A stretch of 62,000 nucleotides of DNA, from the NCBI RefSeq assembly GCF_000400465.1, contig NW_008806274.1, positions 270,244 through 332,243 on the forward strand. The letters run 5' to 3'. A model generated the notes under the pieces. That model saw nothing but the letters and a program-made list of their open reading frames with translations. It was not told the origin of the DNA and made no database searches. Of this stretch, positions 27,147 to 37,192 are shown in pieces. Source of the DNA: Wallemia ichthyophaga EXF-994 (Eukaryota > Fungi > Basidiomycota). Within the stretch, counting starts at the first letter, position 1. Each line of letters begins with the position of its first letter. Position numbers and translations under genes: made by a program.

Positions 27147-27387
27147 GTGTGTGCAGCGTAATTTTTGATAGCGCAGCCCTCTTACAATCCCGCGCAGGTA
27201 AGCTGGCGTCGTTGCTGCTGCTGCGTTTGATCACCGCTCACCGCTCTCCAGGTAAGCTAGGGAGGTAGCGAGAAGACTCTGCTCACACAGCCAAACAGGT
27301 GAGGAGAGCATCTTCGAGCATTCCGTTGCTAACCATGCGCAGGTCGGTGTGGTTTGCGTTTCTCTCCCTCTGCTCACCGCTCTCCAG
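27147..27387 (+). other. Five abutting spliceosomal-intron units in the RPL37 5' UTR
   Basis: Units 27147-27197, 27198-27251, 27252-27298, 27299-27342 and 27343-27387; each has a GT donor, a branch hexamer/pentamer and a CAG acceptor, with no nucleotide between one AG and the next GT. Confidence 0.7.
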
Positions 27388-27396
27388 ACCAGCAAG

Positions 27397-27810
27397 ATGA
27401 CTAAGGGTACCACATCTATGGGTAAGAGGCAAAGCGTCAAGTCCCACGGGATTTGTCGCCGTTGCAACGGTCGCTCATGGCACTACCAAGTGAGTTACCA
27501 CGGGATTCGACGGGTTTCTACCGCTTCCCGCGACACCTAAACGCCTAATGCTGACATCCCCACCGCGCCAATCCTGCGCTAGCTGTGGATTTCCTAATGC
27601 CAAGACACGCTCTTTCAACTGGGGTGCCAAAGCTAAGAGAAGGTGCGCCTTGGTTTTGACACTCCCCGGACTTGTCTTATCACTCATCTTCCCCTCAGAT
27701 CCACCACTGGTACTGGCCGCATGAGATCCCTCAAGTATGTCCCAAGACGCTTCAAGAACGGCTTCCGCGAGGGCACCACCGCTACCAAGAAGGTTTCAGC
27801 TTCTGCTTAA
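27397..27810 (+). CDS. RPL37: 60S ribosomal protein eL37
   Basis: Exons 27397-27489, 27566-27642 and 27699-27810 give 93 aa: [11 protein letters not shown]...CRRC...[13 protein letters not shown]...[17 protein letters not shown]. Intron 1 requires a CG acceptor. Confidence 0.93.
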
Positions 27811-28666
27811 AGTTTTCTGCTGTAACGTCTTTCTTATCAATTGAAGCTTGTCACTCAGCTTCTCTATGCTCTTGTGTGTTTTCTGTGTGCCTCCCGCTCT
27901 CAACGTAAAAAACCCAGCGTAAAAAATATGTATGGTATATACATTGTATAGATCAGTTGAGTATGTAGTATCCTCAGCTCGCTATAGGAATTTCGGCGTC
28001 TTTATGCCTAACCTAGTAACAATGATTCCTCGCGTAACATCTTCCACGTCCATTTTAGATCCAACACGTTTGATCCATCAAATGTCCTCATCCACTATAT
28101 AACCTGCTAAACAAATTGTTCATGTATGTTGGATGTTTAAAACTTTAATGAGGGCATGGTGGTGATTTTGATCCTTTGGCGAAGCTGCAAAATAGCAGCA
28201 GTGAATTGTATTCCTGTTGAGCTGGCGCAGAGTTTGACTGTATCTATCTACAAAACACAATAATCAATTATATAGTGTGCACTCACCGCCGGAATGATTC
28301 ACCTGGGTCGCCACAGACTCGCCACAGAAAAGAGAATTACGAAGAAAGTGGAAAGAATTGTGGATTGTGTGTATTTGGGCTGATCTAGAAATAAGCCCTA
28401 TTCAGTTCGACGGACGAATCGCGCCGCCGAACATAATATCAAGAATTAATTCCAAAGACAAGGGTACATTCGATAAGAAAAATAATTAGAAAAGTTAATT
28501 TGAAGTGGCTGAGCCAATACTAGCACAGCCATATATTAATTTTTATCCGAAACCGCTTAAATCGTTTAGACTACTTACCTTTTCTTCAATTTTCGCGAAA
28601 ACAGTCGCAAACGTCGAGACTTATAAGTCATAGCAGCTAAATTTACAACTATTCTCTTCCTTTATC

Positions 28667-29675
28667 ATGTCAGAAAGTGTGTGTGTATTATACCACTCGC
28701 CCTAAGCTCACTAGTCGTACAAAGCCAATTTCAGATCCGCGGCATCTCATTCCAAATCTCTGGTACACGGCGATAGGAAGACGGAGGTGAACCCATTCGA
28801 GAAATCATTTGGACTGCAGTTTAATCCTGGTCTCAGTGGGAGTACTGTTGCCTCAGCCGCCGCCGCCAATGTCTCCAGCGCCGCCACAAACGCCAGCAAC
28901 CCGCAAATGCCTTTGTTCAGTGAGTAATTAAGTGGCGGTGTAGATAAGTATGCTTATATCGTCAATAGCACCAGGCATCAACAGCCTGCTTAAATCATTC
29001 GATGGCAGCGAAAATATGTCTTTTACCCCATTTCTAAACGATAACTATCCATCCGAACAAACATCACAGCCACAATCACAGCCACAGCCGCCGCAGCTGC
29101 AGATCGATCAAATAGCTCCCCCTTTCCAACAGCACCAACAGTACGCACAAGCATACCCACCTCGAGACACAGACAAATCCCCAATTCAAAACACATTTCC
29201 AGAAGGCGGCAAAACGAGACCCAAGAGAAGTCAATCAGAAACTACATCTGACGACAGCGACGAGTATGTGTACGCAGAAAAGCACCCTAGACGGAAGAAC
29301 AGTAGTGGGAGTCCAAACAGCGCGTCCAATCATAAACCTTGGCGTGATATAGATCTCGGCGACGAATCTCCACAGCTGATCAAGCCAGTTGGAAGAGCTG
29401 GGAATCCCTCGCTTTACATTAGCGAGGATGGTAAAGAGCTCAGCCATGAAGAACGCAAGCAACTCATGCTCAATAGGAACAGAGAAGCTGCGTCGAGATG
29501 TAGACAGAGAAAAAAACTATGGATCAATCAGGTGCAAGATCAGGCTGATAGCTTGCAAAACGAAAATAACAGCCTCAAGAAGGAAATTTTGCAGTACAGA
29601 CAACAGACGCTCGAACTGAGAGAATATTGCGCTGAACTTAAACTGTCTATCGCCAACAATAACACATCTTCATAA
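28667..29675 (+). CDS. ATF/CREB-family bZIP factor, Atf1/Aft1-like
   Basis: EVNPFEKSF (OSA-like motif) in exon 2; bZIP RNREAASRCRQRKK plus leucine heptads; two introns. Confidence 0.88.
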
Positions 29676-29738
29676 ATCTTTTTTTTCCACTTTTGTTGTA
29701 TTAATAGTATGAACGTTTAACATTGGTTATAAGAAAAT

Positions 29739-30381
29739 TCACAAAGGAGAACTAGCAAGAGCATTTTCACACAACTTTCTCCAACCAATGTTCCGGCTGC
29801 ACTCTGTTCTAGCTGCGTCGCGTTCTGATTTGATTGCTTTGAATAATTCAAAAGACGTCATAAGCATCCGTTCTTTTTCCTCATTTATCCGTGCGTACAT
29901 ATCATCCTTGCGTGCATTCTCCTCGACCATGCTTGCCTTCTCCTCAAGCATCCGTGTACACATCTCATGCATCCGTGTATTCTCCTCAAGCATTTGTGCC
30001 ATCTCCTCATTCATCCGTGCATTCTCCTCGAGTAATTGCGTGCAAAGCTGATCCAGTTCGCTCTTCAACATCTTGGATCGTTGAGAGTTGTTGATCTTGA
30101 CGAGCGTGTGATTCTATTGGAAAAGTTAAACAATTAGACGCGTGCGGGGATCGAATTGCCCAACTCACAGCTTCCATTCTGAACGAGGCTTTTGTGTTGT
30201 TTGGGCGCTTCTTTGTAGTATTCTCTGACCTCTTTCTTTTGTGAAGGTGGGAGTTGGTGATGTTTGTCAAATCGTTCATGACTGCAGGAGCAACAGCGGA
30301 AGCAGGCGTGTGCGCTGGATCTGCGCCATCGGCAGCGCCCATTGCATAACCAAAATCTTTTGCACCATTTTGCAAACTCAT
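29739..30381 (-). CDS. Hypothetical coiled-coil protein with internal repeats
   Basis: One GTGAGT..TAG intron joins the 124-aa and 110-aa ORFs; repeated (L/M/V)EENARM-like units. Confidence 0.55.
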
Positions 30382-30813
30382 AGTTGATGTTGCGAGTAGA
30401 GGAACGCGAAGCGTGAGGCGTGAGGCGTGAAGCAGATGCGGTGCACGCGCTTAAGCTACGCATGACGAATCAAGCAGTAAAAGCACGAGGATATCGTGCA
30501 AATACAGCGCAATTCGCCGTGTGAAGTGTTGCGCTTCCTTATTTCCCATCGCTGCTCCGACGCATTTGTGCATATCTTGGCCCATGACGATCACGACAAT
30601 CTTGGCGATCTTGGTGATCACGAGGAAGTTGTGCTGATAACGTAAGTCACCTATCGTTTACATATGATGTGCACCACATGCCTATACAATCGCCAAAGTA
30701 ATAGCCCTGTACATTTATATGAATACGATGAACAGCGTTCATTGCAAGTGCAAGTGTAAATGTAAATGCTAATAGCATAGCCGGTAAGACCTTTTATGGT
30801 GAGTGTGAGAAAA

Positions 30814-32325
30814 TTAAGCAATAAATTGTTTGGGCTGCCGCAGGGCTGCTATTATTATCACTGATTCCAGAATTTGGGTTTGAGATAGGTGAGATAGGTC
30901 AGACTCGTACGAGAAGAAAAGTAAAAAACGTAAAGAGAAGTAGAGGGAAATAAAGGTTAATGAAAACAGGGTGTAATGTATGCCTAGTAACGCACTGTGA
31001 CACACTGTGACATTCTGGCGAGAAGACCTTGACATCATCAAATCCACAACGCCAAACAGGACAGTGTCAAGTAGAGCTAATATAGCCACCCTATCTCCCT
31101 ATTGAACACTATCTCCGGTGCAACTAATCTGCCAACCTGCCAGCTGGCAAGATTTGCACCGTATCCGTAACCTTTGATTTGAGGAGATGCGCGGAAATCT
31201 CCATAAGCTGACCATATCCTCACACTTCTGCACCCTCGATGAACTTAATTCACTCGGTGCCGTCTCTCAATTAAATGATGGTGTTAGCGTCCAAGCTCAT
31301 GTGCGCGCTTTGCGGTGCATTTTCTCGAAAATAACACGTGGGGCGGACGTGTATGAATTAGGAATATGCGGAGAAGCCGTATGTATGGTTAATAAGCGGT
31401 CAATGAAGAAGGAAAAATTGCCGCCTCCCCTTCTTCGACACAATTCTCTCCACCTATATTCAAATTCAGTACGAGACGCGTTGGAGTGAGCAGGAGGATA
31501 GCAGAGAATAGTGTCGAGGGTTTTTTTTGGTCTGCTGTAGCATCACTGGGCACTTTGTAAAGATTTACTGGTCTCATCATAGAGTGTATCATGTGGTTAA
31601 AGAGTATGTGATGATAGAGGTGATTAGATAATACCGTGAACAGCATTTTCACAATGCATGCCAAGACATATGGAGCGATTGCTTTTGGTGGATACAGACT
31701 CATCTTATCCCCATCAGAGAAGATACTATCATCGTTTGCTTTGATGGAGGAAGAAGGAGGCTACAAGCGTAAACCCAAGAAGCAACCAATCCTCTTATGT
31801 CATTGTTAGCCTTTCAGCGATGTCAATTCAGCCAGTTACGGACTGATAAGTTGAGTGCCGAAAGCGATGAGATATACTACACCAATCTGTGTCATTAGAA
31901 GTCTACCGTTTCTGCTGAGAAATTGAGATAGCCAGAGTGGACAATTGGCACGACGAAGACCCTACCGATCCGGATAAATGCGTATGAGTTTCCAATAATA
32001 GTATGCTAATACACCAGCTGCAAATCCTGAGTTTTTAAGAGATCTACGGGCTGGACACGATCAGCATCCGGCTGACCGTGATGATCAGCAATTTAGCAAT
32101 GAACCTCGGAACCACCAGGTCACACTGAGAATATACGCGCGACGCCATTCAAAGCAGATGCGCCAATGTAAAAGCTGCGAGTATATGTTTGTGTTCATTA
32201 CCTGCCACTCATGAGATGGACGAGCACGCTAAGCCGGCAGCGAATGAGGAGAAACGCGCCAAGGCAAGCGTGCTAATTGCAAGAGTGCCCTTACTCATAA
32301 ATGCACTCACGCAAATACCCATCAT
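30814..32325 (-). CDS. Putative multi-exon membrane protein not resolved by the ORF track
   Basis: Hydrophobic exon-sized pieces (GFAAGVLAYYYWKLIRIYPD-RRNGRLLMTQIGVVYLIAFGTQLI; LLGIHYTLFSLTFISLYF) flanked by GT..AG introns; ends are approximate. Confidence 0.35.
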
Positions 32326-32510
32326 ACATTATCTGCGTGCAAGGAGACAGTGGAAGGTGATGAAAATATTCAGCGTTTCAAACGAAGTAATTATATCTAC
32401 GCTAGCAGTGAGGGAGAACAAAACAATCAATCAACATTTCACAGACACACACACAGGCTCTAGTCAAGCTCAATCATGCAACACGCCCTTCTATCACCTA
32501 AACCATCATT

Positions 32511-33498
32511 ATGTCATTTCGACGATTTCCTCAATATCGACGATTCCGAGGCGGAGGAAGCTCGCGAGGCCAGCAGCACACACTAATAGCATCCGGACTC
32601 GGGGTGAGTGCTGCAGGCTACTACTTCTACCACCTCCATCCCAATGCCGCGGGACGGTATCGGTTCATAGACGTGAGCCAGCAGCAGGAGGTCCGCGCCG
32701 GTGACGAGGCATTTAGAGAGCTGCTGCGTCAATACAGCGCGTCTATTCTTCCCTCCCACCACCCTACCACTGTGTACGTGCGAGACATCGCCAAGCGCAT
32801 CATACGGGCATCTGGTGCACTCCATCCACACACCAAAGAGTATAATTGGCAAGTTTACGTCGTACATTCGAGTACAAAAAACGCAATGGTGCTGCCTGGT
32901 GGCAAGATATTTGTGTTCGACGGACTCCTCCCAATCACAAAGACTGCAGATGGACTGGCTAATGTAATAGGACATGAGTGTGCCCACCAATACCTCCGTC
33001 ACAGCGGAGAGAGGATGAGTTTCATGAAGGTGTTCATCGGTCTCGCCATCGCCCTCCAGGCTGTCGGAATTGACTTTGGTCTCTCAAACGCCCTAATGAA
33101 GGTCGTCCTAGAGCTGCCTAACTCGCGCAAAGCTGAGTATGAAGCTGACCAGGTGGGTATGGATGTCGCCGCGCGCGCTTGCTTCGATCCTGCAGAGGCT
33201 GTACGGTGGGTAGAGATTAACGCTGTGTATCCTTCTAACACGCTTACAGCGTCTGGCAGAGGATGTCGCAGGCTGAAAGCAGCGGCGGCAGTGGTGGTGC
33301 TATGGACTTCCTCTCCACACATCCTGGCCACGAAAACCGCATCGAAAGGCTGAGAGAGTTCCTTCCTAAGGTGGGCAATGGCGGTATGCACTGCCGATCG
33401 CTTACTGACACACTGAACAGGCAAAAAAGATTTTTGACGACAGCGAATGTCAGCAGATGAGTAGCTTTCGCAGGTCCACCTTTAGTGCATTTATGTAG
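32511..33498 (+). CDS. OMA1: Mitochondrial M48 metalloprotease Oma1
   Basis: NAMVLPGGKIFVF, HECAH (HExxH), SRKAEYEAD, DFLSTHP; two introns near the 3' end. Confidence 0.92.
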
Positions 33499-33571
33499 TA
33501 CGATAATAAAGTTATAGAAGTGTATATTTGTGTATATTAGACTGCATAGATTAGACTGCATGTAAACATAT

Positions 33572-35885
33572 CTACGACGCATTTTGTTCCTTTATAGCCA
33601 GAATAATTGGTGTGAGCAAATTACTTGTGACGACAGCGGCGACCAAGAAAAGGAGAGAGGCGAGAAGAGGGCCGTAGAGGCTAAGCCAGCTTTCCTCCAC
33701 TTTGATATCCGGGTTGTGCAGTGTAAGTGTAGCCTCTTCTTCCTCCTCAGTCGTCCAATAAACAGACTGTTTTTCCTTATTATAGGTGTAAGACCCGCCC
33801 GACACCTCCACTGCCAAGCTGGCAAAGTAGTGTGAAGGAACATATATCTCTGTTGTGCCTTTCCTCGCAGCCATCCTGAGAGTATATTTGCGCAAACTGA
33901 CGAGGTACTCCGTGCATAACACCTCTCCGCTCACTTTACAGGCGTACGGCCGAATCCACACGTCAGGAATGCGCAGGCCGTCTGTAAGGGATTTTGATTG
34001 TGAGTTTGAGTGTGCACTGCGAGCGCTTTTTGAAAACAAGCTAAAATTCTCTCCGCTGTTACCAGTCAGTCATATGAGCAACGCACGTAACAACAAAGCG
34101 ACTCACTTCCACACATCACCGTCTTCATCCGTATTATCGGGGTTGTAATTCCACAGGGTGTATCCGACGGCGTGAGTTTCCAGAGCGGAGATAAGCGCAT
34201 CGAGGGCAGCTCTGTGGTGCTGAGGGGAGTATTAGCGGCGCTAGCTCCGTAAAAACACCACAATCCAGCATAACTCACCCTCCATTCTCCCTGATACTGT
34301 CCCTCACCGTTGTTGATGTCCATCGGGATGCCCGTCTCTCCAAAGAATATTGGCAGCGCGCCTAGAGTTCTTCTTGTCTCACGCACTATGCGTCCAATTT
34401 GCACGCTGTAGTTCTTCCTCAGACCCGCATCACCGATGTATAGAGCATTCCAGATCATCATCCCCTGCAGTGAGTGAGTGAGTGAGTGAGTGTGAGTGGG
34501 AGTGTAAGGAGGGAGCATGTGCATGACACGCCAAAGCACCAACCCACCCTTGCCAATCCCTGTACATTCACAGACCACCACGTTCCCACTTTCTTGAAGA
34601 GCATGTTAAGATCATACCAATGAGGGCTAGCGATGAGGTTATGTGGGCGAAGAAGTGCGGGGACGTGTGGGAAGAATTCATTCGGAATGGGTTCAACGAC
34701 ATTCCACAACTGGCCATTGTACGCAGCTTTACTGATGCCATCTGCAAAGGAGCGCGCAAAGGGCCAATAGAAGTCGCGATACCATTCCACCCGCTCACGA
34801 GAGACGGGGTTAAACTGAAAGTAGTTCTGGCGCAAGACGACAGGTTTTTCTTTGTCACTGCTCCACGCCCACACGCCCTCATTCAACCACGGGCAGCATC
34901 GCGTGTCCTGAAACGCCTTGCGACGCGGCGTGATGTGTCTCTCGCCCGTCTTGCGTGTGGGGAAGGGGAAGGAGCGTTCATAGTACGCGACGCTGACGGG
35001 GTATCCCATCCCCAGCGCCATGCCTTGCACGGGCGAAGGTACATGTGCTATGTGTAGATCGGTGTTGTAGTTCCATCTTTCAAAGGAGTCTAGTTCAATA
35101 TACCCTCTGTGTGGCTCGTTGATGAGATCGAACGCGAGCACAGCGTGTGATGGAGAGAGATATCGCGCTAATTCTGCGTATGCCCTGATATACGCTTCTT
35201 GGAAGACGTGCTGTATGTTACGACCATCGATAGTAAGACCTGGAGCGAAAACACTTCCCGCCCAGAAGAGAGTGGCGAGTGTGGCTGCACAGCTCTTCTG
35301 GTAGCCACTTGGCCATACACCCTCCTCTAGCCCGTCACCAGGCTGGGCAGACCAGTTGGAACCTTTCTGATGGCGCAGCGGGTAGTGATATGCAGCGGCG
35401 GCGTCGTCAAGATGACGTAAATCATATCCAGCCATTGTGACTGTCCAGGCTGGTGCACCGCTGCCGCCAGTGACGCGCGACCAGATGTCTTGGTGCGCGT
35501 CAATGATGATGCGCATGCCGTGCTGCTCAATTACCCCGCACAGCTTTTTGAGATATTCCATGTACGCGTAGTCGTACTTTCCCAGCCCCGCATGCTCGAG
35601 AGCTTCCCAGGTGACGAGAAGACGGAGGATGGTGTGGCCGGCGTTGCGCAGTTTGGTGAGGTGGTACGCGGCGTCTGGGAGAGCGAAGGGGCGATTAATG
35701 AAAGAGGCGTTTGCGCTGTCGAAAAAGTCTTCTGCGTCGTCGTGCGTTTGATTTGAAGGGAGCTTAGAGCCGCCAGAGAGATTGACACCGCGGAGATAGC
35801 AATTGCGGTTGAATTGGTCGGAGATGTTTGCACCGTTTATACGCAGATCAATTCCAGTCCAGTCAGCAGCACCTAGATCACTCAT
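33572..35885 (-). CDS. GH5 subfamily 12 glycosidase (EGCrP/Egh1-like steryl- or glucosylceramide beta-glucosidase)
   Basis: RGVNLSGGSKLP, LRLLVTWEALEH, DAHQDIWSR..GGSGAP, INEPH (acid/base) and FFGETG (nucleophile); C-terminal TM helix. Confidence 0.9.
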
Positions 35886-35928
35886 CGACGTCGCTGATAA
35901 AGAGGGAAATGGATCGATGAGAAATAAA

Positions 35929-36564
35929 TTACAAGTCAATTACGCGCACACCGTCTCTTGTTACTAGCCTCGCTTTCCAGCCACCTGGATTCACAATCAG
36001 GCGCTTCTCCACCTCGTCTGTGGCTCTCTTCATGAGCTGTATGCCGGCATCGAGGTCCATGTCTGGTTTGTGGTAGCGGTCAAAGGTGGAGGTTGCGAAG
36101 AAGGCTGTTGTATGTTAGTTGAATGCACGCAGCGAGATTCGAACGCCGAACCCACAAGCGTATCCATGGCATGCATACGGTACGTGTGCCAGAGTGCCCA
36201 AGTAATCCAACCAGAACAGAGCAGGTGTGTCCGAAGGCACGTCATAGCCCCCAAGCAGCAAATTTACAGCGTAAGGGTGTCTGCTACGCAATGAATCTGC
36301 CAATTGGCGTCTAATCCACGAGGCAGCTGCCTTAGGCTGAAGCTCTATATCATGGCGCAGCGTGTACAACCTCAAATTACGCTCAACAAATTCAGCGAAC
36401 TGGAGGGTATCACCGCTTTCGCCGTTGAATGCCATAACCAAGTGCTCAGACAACTCACGCATCTTATCCTCGTCGTTCTTCATGCGTATAATCGACATGG
36501 CGGCGTTTGTATCGCTCACTATGAGCACGTAGTCCTTGCCTGTAAGTGCCAATTGCGATTCCAT
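35929..36564 (-). CDS. PRE1: 20S proteasome subunit beta4 (PSMB2)
   Basis: LALTGKDYVLIVSD, GESGDTLQFAEFV, RSRHPYAVNLLLGG, WLDYLGT; one intron; stop at 35929-35931. Confidence 0.93.
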
Positions 36565-36626
36565 TTTATTCTTTTGGCTGTTGGTTGTGGTGGTAAGAGA
36601 ATGACGCGGCGAGTAAGTCACCAGCC

Positions 36627-37109
36627 ATGACGAGCATGTCGAGCACAGAGGAACAAAGTCATTTCATCAGCTTGGCTCTAGCTGAGGCTGCTAAATGCCC
36701 CGTAGTCAGCGGTGCTTTCAGCGTTGGCTGTGTATTGGTACACAACCACTCTGTTATTTCCACTGGCTTCTCGAGAGAGCTGCAAGGCAACACGCATGCT
36801 GAGGCAAACGCTATTGATAAGCTTGAAGACCACTCTATCCTTCCCCATGTCGACCTTTACACAACCCTAGAGCCATGCACCGTACGCACTTCCGGCCTAC
36901 ACCCCTGCACAGCCACAATTATACAGAAGGGCATAAAAAGAGTCTTTATAGGCGCAAGTGAGCCACCGGATTTCGTCGTCTGCGAGGGCGTCAATCAGCT
37001 CAGACAGGCCGCCATCGACGTCATTTTCGTCGATAGCACCTCGTACACTAAAAGTACTGGCAGAATCCTGGGAGAGGATTGTCTGGCAGCTGCTAGGAGA
37101 GGAGAGTAG
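36627..37109 (+). CDS. Zinc-dependent cytidine-deaminase-like protein (RIB2-type pyrimidine deaminase domain)
   Basis: HAE and LEPC...PC zinc motifs; STGFSRELQGNTHAEANA. Confidence 0.85.
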   Translation: MTSMSSTEEQSHFISLALAEAAKCPVVSGAFSVGCVLVHNHSVISTGFSRELQGNTHAEANAIDKLEDHSILPHVDLYTTLEPCTVRTSGLHPCTATIIQKGIKRVFIGASEPPDFVVCEGVNQLRQAAIDVIFVDSTSYTKSTGRILGEDCLAAARRGE

Positions 37110-37192
37110 TTATATGTACAATTGATTAAAATGTTACAATGCTATAAACTGTATTCTCTAGAGGTACACGAGGTACACGAGTTACAGTATCA

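Noticed and set aside
28571-28580. TACTTACCT, similar to the U1 snRNA 5' end
   Set aside because: No U1 stems or Sm site follow; better read as a minus-strand splice donor.
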